Source: Lama glama
Lineage: Eukaryota
DNA length: 64,000 nucleotides
NCBI GenBank assembly: GCA_028534125.1
Contig: CM052818.1
Location: 24,678,001 to 24,742,000, forward strand
Reading direction: 5' to 3'
Shown here: positions 50,383-62,774 of the stretch, piece after piece
Layout: every line of letters begins with the position of its first letter
Position numbering within the stretch: the stretch's first letter is position 1
Made by a program: the position numbers and the translations under genes
Notes under the pieces: model-generated
Databases searched by the model: none
What the model was told of the DNA's origin: nothing
Seen by the model: only the letters and a program-made list of their open reading frames with translations

Positions 50383-53300
50383 AAAAAGCAACCAGCAGGC
50401 AGAATGGTGGTATTCATACCCCATACCCGGGGAAAGAAACCAGTGTGGTAGGCGGCAAGGCTCCTGGAAGTGGAAAGACCCAGCCCACTCTTCCCTGAAA
50501 CATGAGGGTCGTCATGAACTTCCCAGGGGCCTGGTTCAATGCCAAGTTTAAGGCAAAGAAGAGCCCTGTGACGCAAAAAAAAAAAAAAAAAAAAAGACAG
50601 ATATTCCCAAGATCCCTTTCTTCTTAGAACATCTGTTCCTGTTCTGATGGTGCTGATCCTGTGTGCACCCCCAAGGATGGTCATGAGATCAAGCCCAGCC
50701 CATCAAAAGTCCCCCTTCCCCTAAGTGTCATGACTGTTTCAGGGACAAGTCTTTGATTGGAGCCAAGCTAGTTAGGAGCTTCTCCAGGATCTCTCTACTA
50801 GTTCTGTGAGAAAGAAAGCTTTCTTTTTGCTGGGGCACTGAAGCTGGGAACATGTGAGTCTTGGGCTTCTGGTGGCCTTCACTGATGCCACATGGAATCT
50901 GCCCAGTAATGCAGCCAACAGAAAGAAAGCACAGCTTAGAGATGCAAATGGAGACTTTTATTATTGTCAGGTGAGACTATCAAGAGATAAGCATACATCA
51001 GCTTCCAGGAAAGGAGACAGGGTTTCTTAGGATCACAACACTGGGACAATGTGGTGGGCCCTTATTATTGGAGATTTGAAGGCTGTCAAGATGCCATGAA
51101 AGCTAGTGTAAGTGTAATAGTCTTGTAATAGTCTGAAAGGTAGGGTTAGCTTCACACACGGCTGATCTGAGGGTCCAGACAATACAATCATGACTATATT
51201 TTCAGCTCTCAGCTCTGCTTTTTCTTCTGCTGGCTTCACTACTGGGCAGATTCCATGTGGAGAGCAGCTGCGGCCTTTAGGCTCAGTGTGACTATGGTAA
51301 CTGCAGTCACTGGTGGTTGCAGTGGCAGGAAGCAGGAGAGGGAGCTGCGATGAGGCAGCTCCAAGAAGGGGAGCAGCGGGTCCCTCCCTGCACTGGGAGT
51401 GAGCACAGCTGATGGCCACAGTAAGGAGAGTAGATGCACCACCCACTCCCGGATCTGGTGGAGGTTGTAAGGGAAAGGCAGGCAGAAATCAAAGCCGGAG
51501 TTCTAGGGATCACCCTGGAAGGAAGCTAAGGGACAAATTGTGCTTCTGACTAGCACTTTTCCTTCTCCGTAGCTCCACCTTCGTCCTGCCATAAGCATGA
51601 ACAGGATCAAATGATAAGAAAACGACATCTGACAGTCACAAGACAGCATTTCCTCTTCTCGCTACCATAAAAACATTTCCCTGTGCACCATTTGGAATTA
51701 TCACTCTTGCCCAGAATTTTAACAGCTGAGTCATGAGAAGTGACAGACTGAGGAATCATACTTTCTTGATTTTATTTTTTAATTTAATATCAAACTGTAA
51801 AAGCTGAGCATATATGAAACTTAGTTTTGCAATTAAATAAAACTCCCAAAGTTAATTTCAGACCATCTATGAAGTACATAGATAACACTCTTGTGACGCT
51901 CAGGAATGAAATACAGGATGAATCATTTGAAGAAATGACTCGTTCTTGTTGCATTTTTTTTATAAAGTCAAATCAAACTTTTCTGGGTCCATTGTAGAGA
52001 CAGAAAAGAACCACATGTCTTCCCTTTATCCTCTCTCGTGAGGGAAGCAATGCTGGGGGGAACCATCACTACCCCCATGTACCACTATCCCTTGTCTGGA
52101 ATTCAGGCTTCCCAGCCTACTCCCACCTGCCCGAACCAAGACAGTGATCAGATGAGACAGTAAGTCTGCATATTACACATCTGTTTTTTCATAATTTAAA
52201 AAACAACAACACTGAAGTCCCAATATATGTGAAAGGTCTTTGACAAGCATGAAGTACTGCCTCAGCAAACTCAAAAGCAGGTCAGTCTTTGGAAAGCTGA
52301 AGACAAAATAATTTGGAGATAATATGGATTGAAATAAGTTCAAGACCTTGAATACCACAAAGAGAGGGACATGTCCTCAAATTCTTTCATATCCCGAATT
52401 ATATCCTTAGTACATTTTGGAAACTCATTACCATATATCCCTGGCCATATAGGCCTTAGGAGCCATTCATCTCTGAGCATAACTCTTAACTACTATAAAG
52501 TTCTTTGGTACCAGAAAGTCACTGATTGATCAGTTGCTGCTCAGATTGCATATGCTCCTTGCACCTAAAGTCCTTTTACAGAAATCATCTAAGTAAATTT
52601 TCTGTAAATCTGAATACCAACCTTGGGCTTCCAATTAAACATAACTTGAACACACATTTACACTTCTTCCCAACTCCACTAGATCACAGTGAATTCATTT
52701 AAAAAGGCAGGGCAAATTCCTTAGGCTCAGGAATTCTTTGGAGGTATCAAGTGCCTCTGAGGTCATGGGAATTCAGTAAATGCCTACATGCTGAAAATGA
52801 AATCTCTACAGTTCTTTTCCCAGTTTAACTCCTAAAAGGAAAAGCAGCCAGGCATATGCTCCTCAGCCAGAACACTGGAGAACTGTCCCTAAGAAAAACT
52901 ACAACTCACGAGAAAGACCTAAATATATTGACATTTTGCACCCACCACTCCACAGTGAAATGTACATGCCACGCTTGATCACAAAAGTGAGCATGCCCCC
53001 ACCATCATATGAGACTTTCCAAAGAGCATGTCAACACCCCACTCTCAAAATGCACACCCAATGATCACCAGATTATTTAAGAAACATCTCTGAAATGAAG
53101 ACAGGCCAAAAAAAGGAATGATACAAAAAAGACTCAGAGATAATGCAGACAACAACATTTGAAAAGAACTCTTAACAATCATGCTCCAAGAGGTAACATA
53201 TTTGAAAATATTACAAGAATGAGGTGGTTGGAGGTGATATCAGCATGATGATGGCACAAGAGGTCCGTTTTTGTCCCCTTCTAAAACACCCCCCCCCAAA

Positions 53301-54237
53301 TTCAGCACTTATCTGTGGATAAAAGTGCCTTTGAGGGAATCTGTGGGATCCAGTACCATATGCCAAAAAAACCAGGAAAAGTCACACCTGCCCTATAAAC
53401 CAGGTGGGTCTCAGCCGTGGACCTTGAAGTGCCCATGACCAGATTCCAGACCCTGTCAGCCACAGTCCAAGAGCCCCTGGAAAATATTGTCTAAAACACT
53501 CACCCATGGATGAGAGGTTCTTTGTGTAAGTCCACGTTTCCAGAGGAGAAGATCCAGCACACCAGTGAAGCCAAAAATACAAGTTTGGATGTACCGAAGT
53601 GGGTCAGAAGAACAGCTTGACTTTACTCACATCACCCTTCCTCCAACATGGCAAAGCTTAGGGCTAAGAGAGATCTTCTATTGCCCATGATTTCTCCTGC
53701 AAGGGAAAGGAAGAGTGTGAGTGAGCAACAGGGTTCCCCAGCTATGCAGGATGCTGCCAAAGAGGTTAATTTCTCTTTCGTCCCATCCAGAATAATGACT
53801 GTGAGCTACATGAATGGGAGTTGAGGGGGAGTTGCAGAAGAGACTGGCAGAGTGGCAGATATGTCTCTCAGAGAGCATTATAGGAACTAACTCCATCAGG
53901 AACTCTATTAAGAAGCCTACCCATGAGCCATTGGGAATGTCTCAACCACAGATCTCCCCATCTGGCCTATGGGTACCCCACAGAACTAGCATGCCTCACC
54001 CACACAACCTCCCATCCTGTGGCTGGCTCTCTGTGCATGCTCCCAATAATGGCAGCAAATGCAATCTTTGGCAGACAGCTAGTGAGCACACACAAAAAGC
54101 CAGTCTAAATCTACCAGACACAGAATGACCACAAACTTGAACTCCATCATCACCTTTGGAAAACACAAAAGAGGCTGTCGGCACTCAGCCTAGCGTGTTG
54201 CAGGATCTGGAGAAGTCATACGAGCTTAAGAATTTTG

Positions 54238-54306
54238 TGGGGGTGCAATGGGATAAACTGGGAGTTTGATGTTTGTAGATATTAATTACTATACATATTT
54301 AAAAAA
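54238..54306 (+). mobile_element. 69-bp internal camelid L1 3' UTR fragment inserted in the older L1 5' UTR
   Basis: gggataaactgggagtttgatgtttgtagatattaattactata plus an A run. Perfect 10-bp TSD aagaattttg at 54228-54237 and 54307-54316. Confidence 0.8.
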
Positions 54307-56714
54307 AAGAATTTTGCAATAAGAGGGAGAAAGCATAGAACAGGTTATCCACAGAAGGTCTGGGCCTTATAATCTCTAACAAGACTGATGGAAGTCATTT
54401 CTCTCCAAAAGCAGTTATTAAAGACTAGAGGAGGTGACTGCTACTTCAACAGATGCAAACAGCAATGCAAAACTTCAAGGAACATGAAAAAAGATATCAT
54501 GACACCAAAGGATCACAATGATTTTCTAGTGACAAAATCTAAGCACATGGAGATCTGTCACTTAACCATTAAGAATTAAAAATAACTATTTTAAAGAAAC
54601 TCAATGAGCTACAAAAAAGAATTTAACAAAATCACGAAAGCAATAAATGAACAAGAGCAATCAAAGAAAATTCTAGAGCTGAAGAATACAATGAATGAAA
54701 TTCAGTAGAGGACATCAACAACAGGATGGATCAAGCAGAAGAATCTGTGAGGTGGAAGACAAGAACTTTGAAATTATTCAGTCGGAGGGGAACAAATTAA
54801 AAATAAAGAGTGGTATACCATCAAAAGTCACAATTTTGAAATTATTGCCATTCCCAAAGGAGAAAAGGGAGAGAGAGTAGAAAGCTCATTTAAGGAAATA
54901 ATGGCAGAGAATTTCCCAAATCTGGAGAAAGATTTGGACAGCCAAGTTAAGCTGACAGATCACTAGATTAAAAAATCAACCTAAAGAGACACCTCTTCAA
55001 GAAACATCACAATAAAAATGTCAAAAATCAAAATCAAAAAGAATCTTAGAAGCCACAAGAGAAATAAACATGTAACTTACAAAGAAACTCCCAATAAAGC
55101 TGTAAGCAGATTTCTCAGCAGAAACCTTACAGGTCAGAGGAGAATGGGATGTTATTTATTCAAAGTGCTGAAAGAAAAAAGAAAAAAGATTCCAATCAAG
55201 AACACTTTTCCCAGCAAATCTTTCTTTCACAAAGAAAAGGTAAAGGCTTTCCAGAAAAAAACAAAAGCTGAGGGAGTTCACCACTACACCCAAATACTGA
55301 AAGATCTGAAGGAAGAAATAGACAATATAGTAGTGAACTGAATACCTCACTTTCAACAATAGATAGATAAGTCATACATAACAAAAAATTTTGGACTTGA
55401 ACCATACTTGAGGTCAAATGGACCTAACACACATATACAGAACATTCTGTTCAACAGCAGCAGGATATGTTCTTCTTAAGCATACAGAGAGCATTCACCA
55501 GGAGAGCTCATATGACAGGTCACAAACCAAGTCTTAACAAATTTAAGATTGAAATCATACCAAGTATCTTCTCCCACCACAATGACAGTAGGTATCAATA
55601 ACAGGAAGAAATCTGGAAAATTTATGAATAAATGGTTGTTCATACCCCTGACCAACCAATAGGCCAAAGAAGAAATCAAAGTGGATGTCAAAAAAATCTT
55701 TAAACAAATGAAAATGGAAATACAACATACCAAAAACTATGAGGCTACAAAGGCAGTTCTAAAGGAAAAGTTTGTAGTGATAAATGCCTACATTAAGAAA
55801 AAAAAAAAATCTCAAACAACATCACTTACACCTCAAAGAAGCAGAAAAACAAGAACAAATGAGTCCAACATTAGCAGAAGGAAGCAAATAAAGATCAGAA
55901 GAAATGAAACAGACACCAGAAAAACAGTAGGAAAGATCAATGAAACTAAACACCACTTTCTTAAAAAGATACACAAAATGTATCAATCTTTAGTTAGACT
56001 AGGAAAAAAGACCAACCAAATAAAATCAAAAATGAAAAAGAAGACTTTGCCACTAATACCATACAAATACAAAGGATCTTGAGACTAGCATGAACAATGC
56101 ATGCCAACAAATTGAATAGCCTAGAAGAAATGGATAAATTTCTAGAAACTTACAGCCTAGAACACTGAATCATAAAGGAACAGAAAACCAAACAGACCAA
56201 TAATGAGTAAGGAAAGTGAATCAGTAATTAAAAACTTCCCAACAAAGAAAAGCCATGACTAGACGTTTTCACTGGTGAAGTCTACCAACACTTAAAGAAC
56301 TACCATTAATTCTTCTCAAACACTTCCCAAAAAATTGCGGAGGAGACAATATTCACAAACTCACCTTATGAAGCCACAATTACCCTGATACAGAAACCAG
56401 ATAAGGACACTTCAAGGTCAATAAGGATGCAAAATTCTCAACAAAATATTAGCAAAGCAAATTCAACAGCACATTAAAAAGATCATACATCATGATCGTG
56501 GAGGATTTATCCCTGGGATGCAAGGATGGTTCAACTTATACAAATCAATAAATGCGATATTTATATAAAAGGAAAATACCTCCACATAATAAAGGCCATA
56601 TATGACAAGCCTATAGTTAACATCATATTCAGTGGTGAAAGGATGAAAGCTTTTCCTCTAAAATTAGGAATAAGACAAAAGTACCCACTCTCACCACTTT
56701 TGTTCAACATGGTA

Positions 56715-57047
56715 TAGTCAGCTCTTCATGGTTCCACATCCACAGATGCAACCAACCACAGATCAAAAAATTTCTACAAAGTACCAAACAGCAATACTTA
56801 AATTTGCAGTATACTGGCAACTATTTACACAGCATTTACAATGTTTTTACATAGCAAGACAATTCATTAATAATACATAATAATACATTGTATTAGGTAT
56901 TGTAGGTTATTTAGAGATGATTTAAAGTATTTGGAGGGGATGGGATAGACAAACACACCATTTTATGTCAGGGAGTTGAGCATCCATGGATTTTGGTATC
57001 TTCAGGGCTCCTAAAACCAAACCCCCAAGGATACTGAGGAACAACTG
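56715..57047 (+). mobile_element. MER2/Tigger-family MITE inserted in L1 ORF2
   Basis: TA duplication (56713-14 and 57048-49), with termini tagtcagc... and ...ggatactgaggaacaactg. The L1 sequence caacatggta|ttggaagtcct is restored on removal. Confidence 0.9.
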
Positions 57048-60000
57048 TATTGGAAGTCCTAGTCAGAGCAATCAGGCAATAAAAAGAAATGAAAGCCATC
57101 CAAATACAAAAGGAAAAGTAAAACTGTCTTTGTCTGATGATATCATCTTTAATGCATAATATCTTAAAGATGCCACCAAAAAAAAAACCTGTTAGAACTA
57201 ATCAAATTCAGTAAAGTTGCAGGATACAAAATTATCACACAGAAATCAGCTGCAGTTCTATACACTAACAACAAAGTATCTGAAAAAGAAATAAAACAAT
57301 CCCATTCACAATAGCACCAAAAAAACTACTTAGAAGTAAATTTAATCAATGAGGTGAAAGCTCTGTATACTGAAAACTACAAGATTTTGATAAAAGAAAC
57401 TGAAGACACAAACAAATGGGAAGACATCTTGGGCTTATGGATTGGAAGAATTAATATTGTCCTCATGTCCACACTACTCAAAGCCATCTGTAGATTCAAT
57501 GCAATCCTCATCAAAATTCCAATGGTATTTTTCACAGAAATAGAGAAAACAATACTAAAATTTGTATGGAAACACACACCCAAAAAAAAAAAAAAGCCCT
57601 GAATAGCCAAAGCAATCCTGAGAAAGAATAAAGCTGGAAGCATCACACTTCCTGATGTTACATTATACAAGAAGGCGATAGTAATAACAGTATGGTATTG
57701 GCATAAAAATAGACACACAGACCAATGAAAACAAAACCCTCATATACACAGTCAACTCATATTTGGCAAGGGGGCCCAGAATACTCAATGGCAAAAGGAT
57801 AGTCTCCTTGATAAATGGTGTTAGGAAAACTGGAGAGTCTGAGGCACAAGAATGAAACTGAACTGCTCCCTCTACAACTCTCAAACATTAACTCGAAATG
57901 AGACAACATAGACAATCCACTCTCTGACACTGGCAGTGATTTTTTGGATATGATGCCAAAAGCACAAGCAACAAAAGCAAAAATCAGTAAGTGGGACTAC
58001 ATCAAACAAAAAAGCTTCTGCAAAGTAAAGAATCTATAAAATGAAAAGGTGACCCACATAATGAGAGAAAATGTTTGCCAATCATGTATCTGATAAGGGG
58101 TTAATATCCAAAATATGTGAAGAATTCTTACAGCTGAATAGCAAAAACAAATAGTCAAATTATAAAATGGGCAGAGGCGCTGAATAGATACTTCTCCAAA
58201 GAAGACACACAGATAAAAACAGGGAAGTGAAATGATGCTCAGCATCAGTAACCATCAGAAATGCAGATCAAAACCACCATGAGGTATCACCTCCCCCTTA
58301 TTGAGATGGCTGCCATCTGAAAGACAAGAAATAACAGACATTGGTGAGGATGTGAAGAAAAGGTTGGTGGGAATATAAACTGGTATATCCATTACAGAAA
58401 ACAGTGTGAAGTTTCCTTAAAAAATTAAAAACAGAACTACCATATGATCCAGCAATCCCACACCTGGGCATATATCCAAAGGAAATGAAAACGCAAACTT
58501 TGGAAAGGTATCTGCCCACCATGTTCATTGGAGGATCACTGACAATAGCTAAGACAGGGTGTACCCACGTAACGGAGTATTATTCAGCCATGAGAATGAA
58601 GGAAATCCTGCTGTTTGTAACAACATAAATGGACTTTGAGGGCACTATGCTAGCAAAATAAGTCAGAGAAAAACAAATACTGTATGAGCTCACTTATATG
58701 TGGAATCTAAAAATGCCAAATTCATAGAAAAAGTGATGGTTACCTGAAGCTAGGGGTGACGAAAAATGGAGAGATTGTTGATCAAAGGGAACAAACGTCA
58801 AGCTATAGGATGATTAAGTTCTGGGGATCTAATGTACAGCATGGTGATTATAGTCAGTAATACTGTATTTTGTACTTGAAAGTCACTAAGACAGGAGGCC
58901 TTAACTGTTCTCACCACAAAAAAGAAGTGGTAATTATGTGATGTGATAGAGGTGTTAGCTAACACTGTGGTCATAATCATTCTGCAACATGTAAGTATCA
59001 AATCAATACGGTGTATGCCTTAAACGTACACAAATGTTACCAATGTCACATATCAATCACATCTCAATAAAGCTGGAAAAAAAATCACAATGGCAAACAC
59101 TGATTAGTAAAAGTTGACACATTTTTAAAAATGTGGTAAGCCAAATTTTGAACTGACCCCAAAGGAATAGTTCAGAAAGCAAAAATATTTTTAAAAGAAA
59201 AAAAAGTGTTTTAAAAACTAAAAAAGAACAGTATGGAACAAGAGACAGTTTGTAATAATTAAAAATAAAATACATATTAAAATTCAATGTCTCAGAAGAC
59301 AACAGTTGAATGAATCTCCCAGGCAGACAGAAGCAGAGGTAGTTCTGGGGTGGAAGCCACTGGAATTCTGCCACACGAGCTGCTCCCACTCCACATCCCA
59401 GCCTACTCCGCCACTCAGCTTCCAGGGTGCCTGGTAAATTTAGTCCCTCCTAAATGGGCTGAAGCAGACAGGGCCTTTGGAACTTTCCTTCCTTCCTCCT
59501 CTCACACAGCGCCAGAATGTTCTAATCAATGTGACCAGTGACTTCAGTAGACAGTCAGAATGCAAGACGTCAAATCTCTCAATACTCAGTTCAGTCTAAA
59601 CAGACACCGCCCTGAAGCAGGGAGGAGGGAGAAACCCCCAGAAATGTCCCATTTACTGTGCAACATACACTGCGAAGGGGGCGTCTCCCCCCTGCATTTC
59701 CTGCTTCCCCAGTCAGCTTTCCAATGATAAAAACATAGGAAAATACGAGCCTTTGTCACCCATCACTGTTGAGTAATGATGGCTTCAGTCATGAGTCGGC
59801 TCAGATAAGGAAACGCACTGCCTGGAAAATGTAACGTTCCATATTCATCCATCTGAGCTCTCACAAATGCCTTCTTGGCACCATCATATTTTGTATGATT
59901 AATTTTCCACTAGATTTACAAAGGAATAGAAATTCTTCTTTATAAAAGTTTGACTTGTATTTTCTGAGTAACTCCTGACACCAAATGCTGAAATTATGCC

Positions 60001-60758
60001 TTAGCTTTCAGCAAGGGAAAAAAAAAAAACATTTTCTCCAGCCAGACTATTTAGTTGGACATTATCTTTTCTAACATAACTATATGCTTCATCAGGTTTA
60101 TTCAGCAAAAGCACATATTGGATGTGCATTAGAATATTCTGAGTCTTCAGGCTGATTGTAGTCCTCCTAAAATTCCATACAGAAAGAATAGAGTAAAATT
60201 CAGGGTCCCAGTTTTCTAGTCCATGATGTACAGACCACAGTACAACCATCAGGGTACAATTCCAAGAGTGTGAACAGAAGATCTTTGTAGAAGAATGGCA
60301 TGATGCTGAACTGACCTTAATGTCCATTCTCAGAATACAGAATTATCCCTCTTTTCTGAATTCGAGTCAGGGTCATGGAAAAGTGATATTAACTTTAGGG
60401 TCCTATGTCAAATGAAGAACCAGAAAGTAAGGTGTACATAATTAGGTGCCATGCCTCCGTGTCAAGAGGCACTATATTTTGCAGGCAGTCTTTGTAGACA
60501 GCAAATGTAGAAAAAAAACCAAACACAGCTTTCCCTCATGTCCCCTTAACATACCCTGCCCCCACCAAATGCTTACATACAGACACAATTTGATTCATTA
60601 CATATAAGATAGGGCCCAAGAATCTTTCTCTCTAAAAACCCCCAGTGATAATGAGTTAGGGGACCACTGTCCTAAGTCATCTTTTAAGTCCCCGGGCTTT
60701 TGTAGATAGAAAATATGGCCTGTGCTCTCCAGAAGCCTGAAACAGTTAGAAAGTTAAG

Positions 60759-60887
60759 GGGTGGAAAGGTATAGCTCAGTGGTAGAGCACGTGCTTAGCA
60801 TATTCAGGATCCTGGGTTCAACCCCAAGTAACTCCATTAAAAAAATAAACAAACAAATATCTAATTACTTCCACCCTACCTAAAAAA
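60759..60887 (+). mobile_element. Camelid Vic-1-type SINE
   Basis: ggtatagctcagtggtagagcacgtgcttagca...cctgggttcaacccc. TSD aaagttaag at 60750-60758 and 60888-60896. Confidence 0.95.
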
Positions 60888-62367
60888 AAAGTTAAGAAAG
60901 AGCAGGACAATGTAAGGTAAGTGTTATGTGAGCTATGTGAGTATCATAAATAACAAAAGTTCTAGCAATGTAAAGGTTCGGAAGCTCATCTCTACAGGAG
61001 GAAGACCCCTAGGTTAAGTCTCAGAGAATTTTTCTAGTGTGCAAAGGCAGGAGAGAAGGAGGAGGCCATTCCTGCAGAGAGATAAGAGAAGAGGACCAAA
61101 GTGCAGGGCAGCAGGCCCAGTGACCCATGCAGGTGAACGCCGGCTATAAGCAGGGCCAGCTTGGTCTTGACCCACAATTCTCCCCTCTGGAGAGTGTTCA
61201 CTCAGGTTGATTTACCTTATGATGTCCTGCAGGGGGAAGATGAGCCTTCTACGCTAATGTCACCAGCCTGGTGTGTCTTTCAAGGCCAAACTCAAATCCA
61301 GCCTCTTGCATACAGATCAACCCAAAACGTAATCTTTCTCCTCCTCGGAACTCATCTAGAGATGAATTGAGAGCACTTAATCCAGCTCCCTTATATTACG
61401 TATCATTCCGAAAGTTTCAGTTGCTTGCCCAATGTCACACAGGGAGGAGAGCCAAGCAAAGTGGAACCCTGGTCTCTTGTTGAAAGCCCAGGGTTCTCTG
61501 CATTACTTGTACTTTTCTTGCTGAAGGGACAAGGCACCAGTTTTAATGTCAAAGCCCTTGTCTTGTAGCTTTCATTATCATGCATAGAGTCTAGCGCAGA
61601 GTCAGATATATGGCGTCCCCAATAAATCCTCATGTAAAATAGAAATAAACTCCTTCAAATCTTTATTGAATAGAAGCAGATAAAAGAGAAAGCGCAGCCG
61701 AGACTATTGGCCTCAACAAAACTTTCCCCAAATTCACCATGTTCTCTGTCCCTTTGTGTTTCTCAATATGCTCCCTGAAATTCACCCACTCCCCTAACCT
61801 TCCCCCAATCATCTTCCTTCTACTCCGGATAACTCATACACTTTTGAGTAACTTGCCTCACAGCTGACATCTCCTTGGAAAGCCATACCAGTTTGGTGTC
61901 CCTGCTCCGTATTCTCATAGCACCATTTGCTTATCCCAGTCAAAGAACAAATCACATTTGATGTCAGTCCTTCCAACAGCACTGTCAGCCACTCGCAGGG
62001 AGGCACCCCATCTTTACCAGTTCTGTTTCCTCACTACCTAGCATGGTCCCTAGTAAAGAAGTAGAACCTCAGTAAATGTGGAGTGAATGAACTATTTTTT
62101 GCTCTCCGTACCCAGAAGTTTATACTATGACATGAGACCACCACTGGATCAGAAAGTTATTCATGTGTTGGACAAATATGATACAGACACTACTAGGGAA
62201 AAAGCAACAGATCAACCAAGTTACAGGTAACTATAACTTAATTGAATCATTTGGTCTTACTAAACTAAAAACAAAAATTTACTTTTTCAAGTGCAATTTT
62301 TCAACATTTATATTTTTGTTTTGTCAAATTATAGTGAAAATATGATAACACTGTTTTTAAGAGGGTA

Positions 62368-62767
62368 GTGGTATACCTATATAGTGGAATATTATTTGAC
62401 AGTAAAAAGAAGTGAAATATTGGTACATGCTACAACATGGATGAACCTTAAAAACATTCAGTGAAAACATATGTTAACTGAAAGAAGCCAGTTGCAAAGG
62501 ACTATATATTATATGATTCTGCCTATATTAAATAGCCAAAAAAGACAAATCTAAAGAAACAAAGTAGGTTAGTGGTTGCCTAGAGCTGGGGAAAGTTGAG
62601 GGGCTAAGGTGATGGCATATAGGGTTTTCTTCCTGGGTGAGAAAAATGTTCTAAAATCAGTTTTGGAGATGACTGCACAATTCTGTCAAAACACCACTGA
62701 ATTGTGCACTTCAAATGTGTGAACTGTATGGCATGTGACTCATTTCAATAAAGCTTTTAACAAAAAT
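62368..62767 (+). mobile_element. L1MB-like 3' UTR
   Basis: gtggtatacc...catgctacaacatggatgaacctt...aaagaagccag...tcaataaagc. Confidence 0.88.
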
Positions 62768-62774
62768 AGGATCA

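Larger units (their letters stand above)
53235..59082 (+). mobile_element. Near-full-length decayed L1 (L1MA8/9-like): 5' UTR, ORF1, ORF2, 3' UTR
   Basis: GC-richer 5' UTR to ~54400. ORF1 motifs (EIMAENFPNL at ~54895; agcagatttctcagcagaaacctta). ORF2 endonuclease tail, RT ([11 protein letters not shown] at ~56502) and PYDPAIP at ~58440. The 3' end is ctcaataaagctggaaaaaaaa. Many frameshifts. Confidence 0.95.

Noticed and set aside
55018..57718. K-rich ORFs suggesting an active L1
   Set aside because: They are short frameshifted pieces of ORF1/ORF2, with a deletion and a MITE insertion. The element is dead.
60759..60840. tRNA-like sequences (also at 793-916, 15144, 18607, 23865 and 30714)
   Set aside because: They have A-rich tails, some have TSDs, and the copies are mutually diverged. 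They are SINEs, not tRNA genes.
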